Shown here piece by piece: positions 1 through 14,278 of a stretch of 64,000 nt of DNA. Where the stretch lies: assembly GCF_001194135.2 (NCBI RefSeq), contig NC_068990.1:35955540-36019539 (forward strand). Reading direction: 5' to 3'. The translations under genes and the position numbers were made by a program. The notes beneath the pieces were generated by a model, which saw only the letters and a program-made list of their open reading frames with translations, was not told where the DNA came from and made no database searches. Source of the DNA: Octopus bimaculoides. Taxonomy: Eukaryota. The stretch's first letter is position 1. Each line of letters starts with the position of its first letter.

Positions 1-25
1 TATATATATATATATATATATATAT

Positions 26-79
<54 letters not shown>

Positions 80-285
80 GTTTTTGTGTCTGTGTTTGTC
101 CCTCACCATCACCTGACTACCGACGTTCGTGTGTTTACGTTCTCTAACTTAGTGGTTCAACAAATAAGACCTGTATAATACGTACCAGGCTTACAAGAAT
201 AAGTATTAGGGTTGATTTGTTCGACTAAAGGCGGTGCTCCAGCATGGCCACAGTCAAATGACTGAAACAAGTAAAAGAATCAAAG
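80..285 (+). mobile_element. SINE family A, 3' half (follows a (TA)n/(GATA)n tract)
   Basis: The tail ...cgactaaaggcggtgctccagcatggccacagtcaaatgactgaaacaagtaaaaga is nearly identical to 19545-19603 and to the reverse complement of 49856-49930. Confidence 0.85.
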
Positions 286-305
286 AATATATATATATGC
301 CTGTA

Positions 306-358
<53 letters not shown>

Positions 359-1014
359 ATACATTTATATATATACATATATATATACATACATTTAAAC
401 ATTTATACACACACACAAACATATACGCGTGTGTGTATGTATATATAGATACATACATCTCTGCTTATACATGTGCTTGTGTCTTTGTATGTGTATAAGG
501 TTTTGTGCCGTTGAAGATATTTTGCACAATTTCAACACTAGTAAGTTCTAAATCATATCGTACGATATTGAAGATTGTTCACATTTCTTGGAAAAATGTA
601 ATGATGATAACTGGCATATATTTTAAAGAAACGGTAAATGGGAAATGGTAGGTGGCATCACTGTTTTAAAGGTAATTTGAAAAGCCTATTTTATTTTAAT
701 TTCATACACCTTAGTTGTGTCATTTAAGTACATTTTCCTTACGTCTTATCTTTATTTCACCCATCTATTTGATATGTCTTTCTTTCAATCCTACTTTCTC
801 TCTTTTTCTCTTCTTTTGTTACTCTAATTATCACTTTCTCCAAACGCCAAGGCATAAATGAATGTGCATCTAAGTTTGTCTAAAGTGTGTCTGTAAACGT
901 ACGCACGCGAAAATACATGTCTTATTCAAACACATGTATGTGTCTACATACATATATACATGCATAAATATTTACATCTCTCTCTGTCTCTCTCTCTATC
1001 TCTCTCTCTATTTC

Positions 1015-1061
<47 letters not shown>

Positions 1062-1251
1062 ATATGTATATATGTGTGTGTGTATGTATAGATATATATC
1101 AAATAAATTTATATATATATATATACATATATATATGGATGTGTGTGTGGCATATGTAAAGATATAGATAAATAGATAGATATAAATATATAAATATGTT
1201 GAGTCTGTGAGCGTGTAAGAGTGTGTGTGTATGTGTGTGTCTGTGTTTGTT

Positions 1252-1254
<3 letters not shown>

Positions 1255-1328
<74 letters not shown>
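1255..1328. repeat. (TG)n microsatellite
   Basis: Perfect TG run read directly from the sequence. Confidence 0.95.
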
Positions 1329-1330
<2 letters not shown>

Positions 1331-4300
1331 ATATGACTAACTGAAGAAATTATAGAAGTACAATGTGTTATTATTTTGCTGATATTTCGAGTTTGGGAAA
1401 CTTCTTAACAATTTGAATAATAGCAATAGATAATTGAAGCTGAATATTATCAGAATCATCCTCATTCATGTTTAGCGTCTACAGTATGTGGTTACGACAA
1501 ATCGTTACATGATGTATGTAAAATAATATATTATTTTCTATGAAAATTACGATATGCATTAAATGGCTTCTTCCGTTATTTTTAACGTAACTTACGCAAT
1601 GTGTGTATGCATGCAGACATACATGCATGTATATGTGTGCTTGCTTCTTCATGTGCTTATGCTTTTATGTGTGTGTAAATGTAAAACGAAAATACATGAT
1701 ACAGGATGTAGAATTTATTTTGTTGTAAATGTAAAACTCTTTCTGTCACCATTCTGAGGTCATCGAAAATCGTAACTCGTAATTTCGATATGAAGTATTA
1801 AATAATAAACAATTAGTCATTAATTTATTTTGAATAGAATAACATTCATTTTCAAGTTTTACATTTGAGCTTTTAAGTATTTTTAAAATCCAGCTCCATT
1901 TACATTATAGTATTTAATATTTTCTTGTGGAGCTCTTTTCTCATAACTTGTGGCGAAATTCTTGTAACCATTTATACCTACATTTTATATAAATGTTTTT
2001 GTAATATTTATGAACTATTTAATTAAAACGGGCGGAAGGATACTCAGAGGGAATTAAAATTGGGAATTTTAAAAATTAACAACATATATGAAGCGAAGAG
2101 AAATAATGACGAAATGACTGCAAAATTCCAGACAGTATACCTTATGAAATGAAATAAAACATGACGGGACGATTATTTCTATTAAATTCAAGTACTAATG
2201 CATATATAAAATTACACACATACACACATATATATACATATGTGTGTGTGTGCGTGTGTGTATTCTAGATAGACAATATGAGTGAAATAAACGAAACGGT
2301 GCATATGAAACAAAAGCTAGCGTATAAATATTTTGCTCTTTGATGTTAACTATCGACAGAAGCGTACGTAAGCAAAATCGTTGCATAGTTATATAAAATA
2401 CTAATTCCGTATGACAGTGAGATAAAATTCAATGAATAAATAATAACAAATCAAAGCAAATTTGTTTTCGCATTTTTAATGCAGAGAAAGTCAGCTTAGA
2501 AATGCGAAAAAAATGAAATGGAGGGAAGAAGGAATATATAATTTTTATGCAAAAAATGTTCATGCGTAAGTGAGATAAGAAATAAAGCAACATCTGCAGG
2601 TAACATGTAAACTTATAAGTTGTGTGACTGTATGAAATGCAGCAGACGATTATTTACGTGTAAAGCAAATTAGAACACGTTTAAAAAATAGCTTAAGATA
2701 AAGTAAGCTGTTAAAGATAAAATGTGTTGAAAAAATGAAATGGCGATCAAATGTAGAGTTGTCACCGATAAAGTCATTTAGATTAGAAAGTATATATAGT
2801 TAAGTGTTAGAAAAGAAAAACAGCATTAAGCAATTTTTGATAAAGTTACAGTTTTGAAAGTTACTAATCTTAATTATGTAGAGTTCACGAGAGAGCACAA
2901 AACTCTAGATTATATTTGTTATTACTAAGAAACACTAGCAGGCAATACAATAGAATAAGATAAGAATCATGAGTCAGTTATGAGAGAATATAAAGGTGAG
3001 ATTATTGCCTCCGAATGAAAACAGAGATAGAAAATTAAGTGGAGATATGTACAGAGGTTACTAGAGAGTCAGAATAATAAGAAAAATGTATAGTACCAAA
3101 GGAGTACAGATTTATGTGTAATGGAAGGGGAGAAAATACGTGTGTAATGATACGACAATTAGATTAAACAGATACGGATTTAATTACTAATTAAATGAGA
3201 TTCAGAAATAAGTGCAAAAGAAGCAGTGAGAAAGTAGATCTTGAATAACCTTCAAAAACAAAAACAAACAAACATGAAAACAATGAAGCCACACAGTTCT
3301 CAGCACAGTTCTCAATGTTACACACTAGAGCGAAGACATGTTACGATACAGGTAGAGAAATTTGAAAAGACAACACGAAACCGGTTATTTCTCCAAATAC
3401 AATGTTCATATACCCCAAATTTATAACATTTTTCTGACATAACAATTTAAATATATACTTTAACCATGTAACACAAGCCCTCTGTAGTTTTTTTCACTCT
3501 TGTTTATCTTTTATANNNNNNNNNNNNNNNNNNNNNNNNNNNNNNNNNNNNNNNNNNNNNNNNNNNNNNNNNNNNNNNNNNNNNNNNNNNNNNNNNNNNN
3601 NNNNNNNNNNNNNNNNNNNNNNNNNNNNNNNNNNNNNNNNNNNNNNNNNNNNTATATACATATATATATATTCATATTTTCCTTCCTACATTCTGTTTTA
3701 CATGTTTTCTTAATGACAGCTATTTTCCTTGTACTTCTTTTCTCTTATTTTAAATCACTTGAATCATTCTTGCACTTTCCTAACTCATCCCATTTTCAGT
3801 GTTTTCTCTTTGTGCTATAATTTTATTTATCCCACCCCAATTTATCCACTAGGTTCAATCAGTATTCACAAGTATTCTTGAACCTAGACAAGAGATGCTC
3901 CATCTCCCTATCAATATAATATAATATTTCCACGGAAAACACACTCATATCAGCTACAATGGAATATTATTACTGTACCTGACTGTATGGTGTGATTTCA
4001 ACTAATAGAAGTACTGTCGCTTATGTTTGGTTTATGCACAGGTGTGTGTGTGCGCGCGCGCACCTGTGTACGAGAAGCAATGAAAAGATACGCTAAATGA
4101 AAATATCGAATGAGGGACAAAAAATATTTTTATAAAACGATATCGCACACTTACTGTCTAATATTGTAAGCTGTAATTTGTCATATCATTTTTGTGTTTG
4201 TATGTGTGTGTTTGTGTACATGTGTATGTTACAGATTGGTGGTTAAATAGCATGGGCAGGCTAGTAAGAGTGAGTGTGTAATTTGTTGTGCACATATCTT

Positions 4301-4742
4301 TGTGTGCATGCACTAAACATGTATCAGGTCAGATTGCTTGCAATTCTGCTGGCGAGGCAAAACGGTAGGTTTTGTAGTCAGTGATTATTTTGGCCATTGT
4401 GTGTTCTAGCATGTGTTTGTACGTTTCGAGGAGTGTGGGTTGTGTTGCTCTCTATTGTTGATGTCTTCAGTTAACTTCAGTCCGTTTATTACCATACTGG
4501 TGAGTGAATATGCGTACGTGTTAAAAAAATATAGGACAACAGATTGATACATGGGTATGAGTGTTTGTGTGGATATGTGATCATCAATACAGTCATTGAT
4601 CAGGTATGTGTGCGTTCACAGAACAGCTGTATTATGTGTATATATCTACATAAAACGTACACGTAACAGTTCATATTGAATGCGTAGGTTAGTCCCAGTG
4701 TGCATCTGTGCAATTTGTAGTTCGTAATATTAATTGATATAA

Positions 4743-4945
4743 GGCGGCGAGCTGGCAGAATCGTTAGCACGCCGGGCAAAATGCTTAGCAGCATTTCGTC
4801 CGTCTTTATTTTCTGAGTTCAAAATGCTGTCAATGTCGACTTTGCTTTTCATCCTTTCGAAGTCGACAAAATAAGAAATGGGGTGATGTAATCGATTTAG
4901 CCGCTTAACAAAATTGTTGGCCTTGCGCCAAAATTTCAGATCAAT
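4743..4945 (+). mobile_element. SINE family B (tRNA-like head)
   Basis: ggcggcgagctggcagaatcgttagcacgccgggcaaaatgcttagc...gagttcaaa...gtcgactttgcttttcatcctttcg. Pol III A/B-box-like motifs; homologous to 61010-61225. Confidence 0.85.
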
Positions 4946-4966
4946 ATTAAATTGTGTGGGTGTGTA

Positions 4967-5019
<53 letters not shown>

Positions 5020-6464
5020 TTTGATGTCCAAGCATTCGTTTCTTTGCGTATATTGTACACATGGGCTTAAGTGGTGTTTTCATGTTAAATTGGGTATACC
5101 CACCGGAGAGTTCTGTGCATACGTGGCTACCACGTGTGTATATGTATGTTTGTATGTATCTGTGGGTGTGAATGCAAGGCTTGCTAGCTGTATTTTAGCG
5201 CGCGCGCGTAATGGTGTGTGTACAGATCTGTCAGTTTGGTTTTGTTGAGTGACTGCGCCTGTTATTACAGATTTGTGAAAAACATACTGTATAGTATAGT
5301 CAAATTGATCGATGCGGGTAGGTGAGGTTATGTCCAACACCTATGGTGGGCGTTACACGTGTTCGGGTAATGTGGAATGCAATCTGTTCATGTGCCAAAA
5401 GTCCACGCGTTCGGTGGTTTACGACTAAAGCATATAGTAATGGGTACGCTGAGAGTACATTGTGGATGAGATAAATACATCTTATCTATCTGGGTCGTGC
5501 TGCGTTGGAAATTGAGATAGATACTGAGCGCCTTGATTCAGCATGTGGTGAAGAGTTCGGATTAATTGTACTTAAAGTAACATCTCAACCAGCTAAAATT
5601 AGCAGCCAAATCTCCATCAGATAAAAATACACTATTTTCAAACCAGAACAAAACAAGATAAAAAATGCAAACACAATAATGTAGTCATAGACACGAAACA
5701 GAAAAGTTGGCCCCGAGACACGAAATGCCTTGTGGGATTTCTTTTTCCTTTGGTTTTCAATGTGGCTTTCCTCTCTATTCTTATTTCCTAAAATACGTTA
5801 TCATCCTATATAAAGAGAGATAAAACAACGGTTTATATGGTAAGTTTGTGCATTATTTGAATATCTGCTGGAACACTATTCAGTGACGATATGTAAATGA
5901 CAAAACTATTCGTACGTCTCTAGTTAGATACGTGCTTCTATGTAACAGGCATTATTATCCGCAGCATGGTGCTGGGGACGCAAAGATTCTGTACAATCAA
6001 CTCAGAATCATTGCATCTCCGAAGCATATACACATACATTCACATAAATATACACATACATTCACATACATATACAATCACATACTCACGCTTACACAGC
6101 CACGCTCTCACAAGCACATCTATAAACACACAACCACACACACATACCTACAGAGTAATTAAAAAAAAGTAACCAAAACATATTGACTAATGTTAATGCA
6201 GAAAACTAAACCTGACATTATGTATCCAACAGTCGAAAACCTTTTGAAACTTATCTCGGTAAGAATAGAATAATTAAGAGTATACATAAGCGAATACTCT
6301 GTGAAAAGGTGTGTTAGTGGTCATTATGAAAAGACAAACACTATAACTAGATACCATACAGTGTTTGTGTTATTCTACTATATATGTGTGTGTGCGTGTG
6401 TGTGTGTGTATGTGTATACATATATATATATATGTATGTATACAGATATATATATGTACGTATG

Positions 6465-6516
<52 letters not shown>

Positions 6517-7362
6517 NNNNNNNNNNNNNNNNNNNNNNNNNNNNNNNNNNNNNNNNNNNNNNNNNNNNNNNNNNNNNNNNNNNNNNNNNNNNNNNNNNNN
6601 NNNNNNNNNNNNNNNNNNNNNNNNNNNNNNNNNNNNNNNNNNNNNNNNNNNNNNNNNNNNNNNNNNNNNNNNNNNNNNNNNNNNNNNNNNNNNNNNNNNN
6701 NNNNNNNNNNNNNNNNNNNNNNNNNNNNNNNNNNNNNNNNNNNNNNNNNNNNNNNNNNNNNNNNNNNNNNNNNNNNNNNNNNNNNNNNNNNNNNNNNNNN
6801 NNNNNNNNNNNNNNNNNNNNNNNNNNNNNNNNNNNNNNNNNNNNNNNNNNNNNNNNNNNNNNNNNNNNNNNNNNNNNNNNNNNNNNNNNNNNNNNNNNNN
6901 NNNNNNNNNNNNNNNNNNNNNNNNNNNTATATATATATATATATATATATGCGTGTATGAGTGTTGAGGTGTTATTCATGTACGCACTCACTTATGTGAT
7001 TATGTGAAGTGTGTGAGTGTGTACCTGTTATCCATATCGTATGAGAGAATACGGATTTTTACTAAGCAGTTTTAGAGCTGTTACTGAGTGTTGCAGACAA
7101 CTCTAGGTGAACTCTGTAGTTTCTGCTTGTTGGTTGTTGATGCCCTATCACATACACACACACACACATGCTTACACACAGACACACACGCACACAAACA
7201 TATATATATATATATATATATATTTGCATATATGTATACATATATGTGTATGTGTTCTTATGTCTGCATGAGTGTACATATATATATGCATACACAGAGG
7301 CGCGTGCATACACACAAACGCACATACACATACAAACATATATGCTTGTATATCTATATATC

Positions 7363-7405
<43 letters not shown>

Positions 7406-8123
7406 AAATATGATATTTATTTCTTCTGGAGGTCTCAACATATCAATACACTTAGTCATTCAAAGACAAATTTAGAAAAGAAAATAAACAACTTCATCAA
7501 CAAAGTCACTGCCAATAACAGCCAACGCGGACAGCAACAAATCGAGATAAGAAAAATCNNNNNNNNNNNNNNNNNNNNNNNNNNNNNNNNNNNNNNNNNN
7601 NNNNNNNNNNNNNNNNNNNNNNNNNNNNNNNNNNNNNNNNNNNNNNNNNNNNNNNNNNNNNNNNNNNNNNNNNNNNNNNNNNNNNNNNNNNNNNNNNNNN
7701 NNNNNNNNNNNNNNNNNNNNNNNNNNNNNNNNNNNNNNNNNNNNNNNNNNNNNNNNNNNNNNNNNNNNNNNNNNNNNNNNNNNNNNNNNNNNNNNNNNNN
7801 NNNNNNNNNNNNNNNNNNNNNNNNNNNNNNNNNNNNNNNNNNNNNNNNNNNNNNNNNNNNNNNNNNNNNNNNNNNNNNNNNNNNNNNNNNNNNNNNNNNN
7901 NNNNNNNNNNNNNNNNNNNNNNNNNNNNNNNNNNNNNNNNNNNNNNNNNNNNNNNNNNNNNNNNNNNNNNNNNNNNNNNNNNNNNNNNNNNNNNNNNNNN
8001 NNNNNNNNNNNNNNNNNNNNNNNNNNNNNNNNNNNNNNNNNNNNNNNNNNNNNNNNNNNNNNNNNNNNNNNNNNNNNNNNNNNNNNNNNNNNNNNNNNNN
8101 NNNNNNNNNNNNNNNNNNNNNNN

Positions 8124-8157
<34 letters not shown>

Positions 8158-8442
8158 TGTATATATGTGTGTATATATACATATATATATACGTGTGTGT
8201 ATTGGTATGTATGTCATTAACTTAATTTAAAAGTACGTGAGTTTATCTTCATTTTTTTTTTTCACTCAATTATCTGTCCGAATATATTAACGTAGGTACG
8301 CAAATATCTCTGACTGTGTGTTCGTGTGTGCGTGTGTGTATTTACAAAGATAAATACAGAAAGAGACAGAAAAAGAGCCTGGACGAGAGAGAGAAAGGAG
8401 TCAAGATAGCAATGATGTGGAATAGTTATCTAGTGCCCTAAC

Positions 8443-8538
8443 CACGAAGGGGAAATATCGACGTTATGCTTTCGTATACTAAGAATCCAATGTTATCATT
8501 TGATTCTGGTTCGAAACTTTGAATTGCTCCGGTGGATT
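8443..8538 (-). CDS. Candidate internal exon (phase 1 to 1): (E)STGAIQSFEPESNDNIGFLVYESITSIFPLR(G)
   Basis: Acceptor tttacag with an in-frame stop just upstream; donor gttagg; 96 nt open. STGAIQSF loosely recalls the GxTGxIxF motif near the end of iGluR/ANF-receptor extracellular domains. Confidence 0.25.
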
Positions 8539-9149
8539 CTGTAAATCATGTCCCAGTTGATTACGTCATTAAAGCTGTGGATTACGTCAGTAAAACACGA
8601 AAATCTAGAAGTGTTATCTTCAGTCTGGATACCATTCTGTTGCACTGTCATTTGCTTCACCTTTGTATTTAGTTAATTAGAACGACGGCAGCGGTGATAT
8701 TGGTAGTGGTAATCGGGATGATGTTGTTGTTGATAGTTATAAAACTTTGCTGTCGATCATATCTTTTGAATTATAAGATGTATCAAATATGTTAAAACAC
8801 ACATTGAAAAAGCAGACTCATGCACACGTACATAACTCACTCAGTTACACACATATTATGCTACATTTTATAACCAGGTTATAAGAAATAAGCTGTCGAA
8901 TAATCCGCTTATAAATCTCAAATTCTGTTTTACCCCCTCTCAAATACTTGACTAGTTTCCTCAACTACAACGTGGAAATTTCAGCTAAATCTTACTAAAT
9001 TCAAGTTCAGCAGCCATAAAATCAAACAAAATATTATGGAGAATATAGTAATCTATATACAAAATATAGCTTGCTCAAATGTTGAAGGTCTTCTGTCATA
9101 GATCGTTATGATGGGATAAATTCAGAACAAAACAGTCACTCACAGGAGT

Positions 9150-9625
9150 CTCCCGGTTGAATATCAACATTAACCTTTACCTACATGTAGCTGCGACCTC
9201 TTTATTTTACGTATTTGTGCCAGGTAACTAGACTGAGAATAATCTCTTCGTACCATACATGGAATTTCTTGTGGAATGTCGAGGGCGTGACATCAGTCAA
9301 TGAACAACTGAAGACAGCTCTGGCTTCTAAATTATTTCTCATATCAACAGAGCCGCGAAGAGTTTTACTGCTGCTACCCTTTATCCTACCTACCATTGAG
9401 GTGCTGGTGAGCTTCATAGATGTTGTCTTTTCGCCCATTAAGCTTGGAGGCTCTGAAGATTTTCGTACTGACTTCTTCATGAAAGATTTGCTAAGCTGTC
9501 TACCAGTCATTGAAGCTTTAAATAGTATCATGACTACAGCACTTCTTCTCACCATCTGCTTTCCTTTATCCCAAGATCTTAAAGGCCCTCAAATCATAGC
9601 TACTTCCCTTCTGCCTTTCAATCCT
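9150..9625 (+). mobile_element. Highly decayed 3' end of a probable L2/CR1-type LINE ORF2
   Basis: Frameshifted pieces VPYMEF (cf. RPCMEY), LYPTYH*GAGEL (cf. FYRYYHGRCSSEL) and LLTICFPLSQDLKG (cf. LPAECFPLTYDLNG) occur in the expected order. Comparison is from recalled consensus only. Confidence 0.45.
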
Positions 9626-9989
9626 GGAATCCCAGAATCGTGTCATAATTACTTCCTTTATTCTATCAGTTCATGGAATCCTTGACATGTACCTCGGTTG
9701 CTCTTCTTCCTAACAGTCATGGAAAGCTGAAAGGTATTATGATTGCTAACTTTCCTTCATGTAGACACTAAAAAAAATATGTTCCAATGAGTCGATGGTT
9801 TGGAGTGTGTCTGCCTTGAGGTGATGTAAGCATTGGAANNNNNNNNNNTATATGAATACTCCTTATCAGCAAATTTGAAATAATACCAGTAATGCGTTTA
9901 CATACTTTACTTTTATAGGGCAGATTCTTTGGAGACTTGGCAGATATCTAGCGCAACTGGCAGCAGAACAGGAGAATATGGATAAAAAA

Positions 9990-10470
9990 AGTTGCTATTA
10001 AACTTAGCCTGATCAATTTAGATAAATAAAAAGCCTTCGGTAGGGTCGACATTCAATACTAGGAGGCTGCTCTCACAACAATCGATCTCGGTCCCGACTT
10101 CCGTGGTTCGTTTGTGGTAATACATAACGACATCTATTTGAGATTAGAGTGAATGGCCACCCATCAGAATCATTCATTAATATGGACTTAGTCCGTAAAT
10201 GTTGTCCCCTCTCTTCTCGTTTGTATCCGCTGATTCATGAAATACTAACGCGAAAGCTAAAGACGTTGAAGTGCATTCCGCTCGAACTAGAACGAGGAAG
10301 ATCTGTGTCAGCATCCACGGACAACGTCTCAGTCATTGTATCGGATACTAGCCAATCGAAGTGATCAGCACTGCTCTAAGGAATTACCGGTCGTTGAAAG
10401 GAGTAGCGATCAACTAAAAAGCTGTTAGTGAACCAGCAGTTCGGTACCAGGGAAATGTGTGACTAATGGC
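9990..10470 (+). mobile_element. Tx1-like (L1 clade) non-LTR retrotransposon, decayed reverse transcriptase core
   Basis: LINLDK*KAFGRVD (cf. LDQxKAFDRVD), then VNGHPSESF...VRKCCPLSSRLY (cf. VRQGCPLSPLLY) and SASTDNVSVIVSD (cf. SAYADDVTVIVSD), then GVAIN. Stops and frameshifts present. Confidence 0.85.
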
Positions 10471-10943
10471 ATTCAAGCCTTTAGAATAATTTCTTGTGGA
10501 GGAGCGCATCCATCTAGAACTGCGTGATCTCATGTTCTGTGTGTTTTTCCATTCTTTTATCAGTGCAGTGTTCTTTGGAGAATATTTTGTTGCTTTTTCA
10601 AGCAAGTTGATTGATCAACGCAGTCTCCCACCAAAGGATACGGCCACGGGTGTGAACAGAGCCAGAAATGTTATTCATCCCCAACAAAAGCATGATACAA
10701 TAATTTTCTCTGTAAAGGAACAACATGAATACTACAGCATAATATTTCTCATGAAAAAATAACAAAAACTAAAATTTATAGGAAAAAGATACAGTGGATT
10801 GAATCTAGAACGAATATATTACTGGTAATTTCGTTTTTGACCTTAGTTCACTTATACGTATTGTAACTAAACAGCGCAAAGACTTTATTCAGAACACAAA
10901 CGATTCGACCACACCTGTGTGTGCGTGTGTGTGTATAGATAGA

Positions 10944-10987
<44 letters not shown>

Positions 10988-12107
10988 NNNNNNNNNNNNN
11001 NNNNNNNNNNNNNNNNNNNNNNNNNNNNNNNNNNNNNNNNNNNNNNNNNNNNNNNNNNNNNNNNNNNNNNNNNNNNNNNNNNNNNNNNNNNNNNNNNNNN
11101 NNNNNNNNNNNNNNNNNNNNNNNNNNNNNNNNNNNNNNNNNNNNNNNNNNNNNNNNNNNNNNNNNNNNNNNNNNNNNNNNNNNNNNNNNNNNNNNNNNNN
11201 NNNNNNNNNNNNNNNNNNNNNNNNNNNNNNNNNNNNNNNNNNNNNNNNNNNNNNNNNNNNNNNNNNNNNNNNNNNNNNNNNNNNNNNNNNNNNNNNNATA
11301 TATATATATATATATACACGCATTCCAATTGAAAATCATTTATTGTTTTCAGTTTTATTTTTTAATAAACTGAATGGATTTCATAATTCATTTATAAGAA
11401 TTATTCTAAAGTAATATTCATTCCTGTAAATGAAGGCATCATTTATTTGAATGGTTCTTAATTATACAAAAGTTAGAGAATTTATCACCGAGGATGGTGG
11501 AAATGAAGCTGCAGAGGAGGGGCAAAAATTCCATCAGAAAAATGTAGAAAACTTTAACAATATATCTATATGCTACATTAAGATTAATATGACCGCGCAT
11601 ATGTGTGTGTGCGTGAGTGTGCGTGTGTGCATAATGCATACAGTTTGACGTATATGTACACGTATATGTGCATTTGTGTGCATGTGTATGCTTATGTGCA
11701 TTGGACAGCAGTGCACTTTTCCGTCAACTAAATTCTATTCACATATTACTGGTCAGCCAGAGTTAGCAGTAAAATAACTTTGTCTAAAATTACTTGCAAT
11801 GGAAGAGGTAATTTTGATGTAAGATTCTAAGCAAAACTAGTAACCATGTGGCTATACAACGAAGAGAAAGGTCTTGTGACGAAGAGGCTCTCTCCATGCC
11901 CTTCTAATCTACTCTATCGTGTCCAGTGAGAATTATGTTTTTAATGTACTTCGTGAAGTTTTCCTGCTGCTGGAAACGCAAAAACAAAACAAAAACGAAA
12001 GAAAATGATTGCGTGATATGTTTAATGTAGTCTTGGGAAAATGAATGCAGTATATGAAGTGAAGAAAGTACAGGTTGGCGTGTTTCTAGTCTCTGAATGG
12101 TGGTACA

Positions 12108-12222
12108 AGTATTCTTTTCTATTCTAGGCACAAGGCCCAAAATTGGGGGGGGGGGGCAGTATTAGATCGACCTCAGTACGCAACTGGTACTAAATTTATC
12201 AACCCCGAAAGGATGAAGGGCA
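12108..12222 (-). mobile_element. SINE family B, 3' fragment
   Basis: Reverse complement matches the tail of 61010-61225 (catcctttcggggt.gataaatt.agtacc...tgtgcctaga.tagaaaagaata). Confidence 0.8.
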
Positions 12223-12672
12223 ATGGTGGTACAAAGCATTGTGATCGCAAAGAAGCAGAGGCAATATTAGTATCGATAGATTGTCTAGAGAGATGAGACA
12301 GAACAATTGTGGGCCAAAGTTTGCAGTATGTTGGTCATCGATAGAATTGTTTTTAAGATTGTTCAGAATATCGTTGTGTGTAGCGGATGCATTGCCCCAA
12401 ATGTGTGAGTAATATACAAAGACTATCACTTGTAATTTGTAGAGAGTTAGTAATCATTGGTGGCTGACGTATTTTTTTGGCTCTGAAGATTAAAATCATT
12501 GTTTGAGACATTGCCTTTAGTAGGTTGAGGATTAGAGTTCAAGCATTTTGTTTGCTCATTATAGAATATATAGATACGTAACAACTTTTATTCTACATCG
12601 GATCTATTGAGAAACGGCAAAAAGAAAGTGAAATTGAACCATAACAACTAGGTTAAACTTTCATCATTTTAC

Positions 12673-12733
12673 CTTCATTCCACTCATGACCATCATAACT
12701 GCTTGCCTGATATATGAAGACAATGTTCAAGGC
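12673..12733 (-). CDS. Weak candidate exon (phase 0 to 1): ALNIVFIYQASSYDGHEWNE(G/E)
   Basis: Donor GAAG|gtaaaa is good; acceptor gacag lacks a pyrimidine tract; frame open. Confidence 0.15.
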
Positions 12734-13784
12734 CTGTCTATCTACTTCAGACATTTATGTTTAGGATATTCGACTGTCGTTTGAGAGTAGTTTCCTTGTA
12801 ATTTCTAGCATGTAGCATGAAACATAAAGATTTTTGCCTTAGTTCTACCAATACATCTAATTTTTGATGCTGAAGATTTGAAATTCACTTTTGATATATG
12901 ATTCAAATTATTTTACTTCTAATGTATTAAATTTATTAAAACATAACATCACGAATTTACATTATATTTTTAAAACATGTACTTTTCATTTTTTTAAACG
13001 TTTAACTTGTTTCACCCATTGGACTACAGCCATGCTAGCTTTGAAGGGTTTAATGAAAAAAAAACAATCACAGTACTTAATGTTAAGTCTGATCAACCTG
13101 TAGCTGTAACTGAAGACAGTTACTTAGTTTGCCATGCAGTGGGACTGAACCTGGAACTACGTGATTACAAGACGGGCTTCTCAACCACCATGCTATGCTT
13201 GCACTGTTCATGTTCCTTAGCTCCCATCTGAATCCTAATCCTATAGACATGATCAGATAGTTAATTTCATTCGTTGAAAGTCTGTTGTGATATGAATGAA
13301 TTTAGGCTGCTATTTCTAGGAAACTGACAGTACACTTAGAGTCATTCCCATTGTTCTCGCAGACACAAAAGAAATAAAAATATAACACCATTAAAAATGT
13401 AATTCATATTCATGAAATTATCAAATAATTTAATAAATGTTTTTTTTTTTCTATCTCGTAATGTATTTCGTTTCCTTTTAAAACTGTTTAGCTCTTTAGT
13501 GTGTAAACTTCAAGGCAGACATCAAATGCTTTTAATGGTTCACTGACATAAAAGTGGGTGTGACTACATTGTAAAACATAAGCCGATTCTCAAAACTTTT
13601 TTTTATAATGTGTGACAATATAGATTCTAGATAATACTAGACCTGAATGTATGAACTCGTCTCAAGGGAATATGAATTAAGATGTAGCAGTTATTAAAAT
13701 TCATATTTTATTCCCTTCATAAAAACACCTCCTAAAAGACATTAAGCTCAATACTTTTGAAAGTTTCAACTGAATTTTATCATA

Positions 13785-13980
13785 TCAAATTCAAATTTTG
13801 GCACAAAGCCAGCAATTTCAGGTTAGGGGCTAAGCCGATCACATCGCCTTCAGTGCTCAACTAGCATTTATTTTATTAATCCGAAAGGGATGAAAGGTAG
13901 TTTAAACTCAGAACGCAAATTTGGACGAAATGCAGCCAAGCATTTTGTCCGACAGGCTAATGATTCTGCTAGCTCACCAC
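13785..13980 (-). mobile_element. SINE family B
   Basis: Reverse complement gives gtggtgagctagcagaatcattagcctgtcggacaaaatgcttggc... ending in tgtgccaaaatttgaa. Confidence 0.8.
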
Positions 13981-14089
13981 CAGACTGGATTTTAATATAC
14001 TACTTGTCAATAGAAGTTTTAAATTTGTGCAGATGAAACATAATGTTGACAATGGTGAGATGTGATTTCAGCAGTCCTATAGAAGAGAT

Positions 14090-14278
14090 AAATTATTCTC
14101 CTCTACTCTGGGCACAAGGCCCGAAATTTTGGGGGAGGTGGCCAGTCGATTAGATCGATCCCACTACGCAACTGGTACTTAAATTATCGACCCCGGAAGG
14201 ATGAAAAGCAAATTTGACCTCGGCAGAATTTGAACCCAGAACGTAAAGACAGACGAAATACTGTCAGCTCACAGCCTT
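14090..14278 (-). mobile_element. SINE family B (head partly deleted)
   Basis: Reverse complement contains ttctgggttcaaattctgccgaggtc...catccttccggggtcgataatttaagtaccagttgcgtagtgggatcgatctaatcgac...tgtgcccagagtagag. Confidence 0.85.

Noticed and set aside
9202-9555. 117-aa minus-strand ORF
   Set aside because: Better explained as the antisense frame of a decayed plus-strand LINE fragment.
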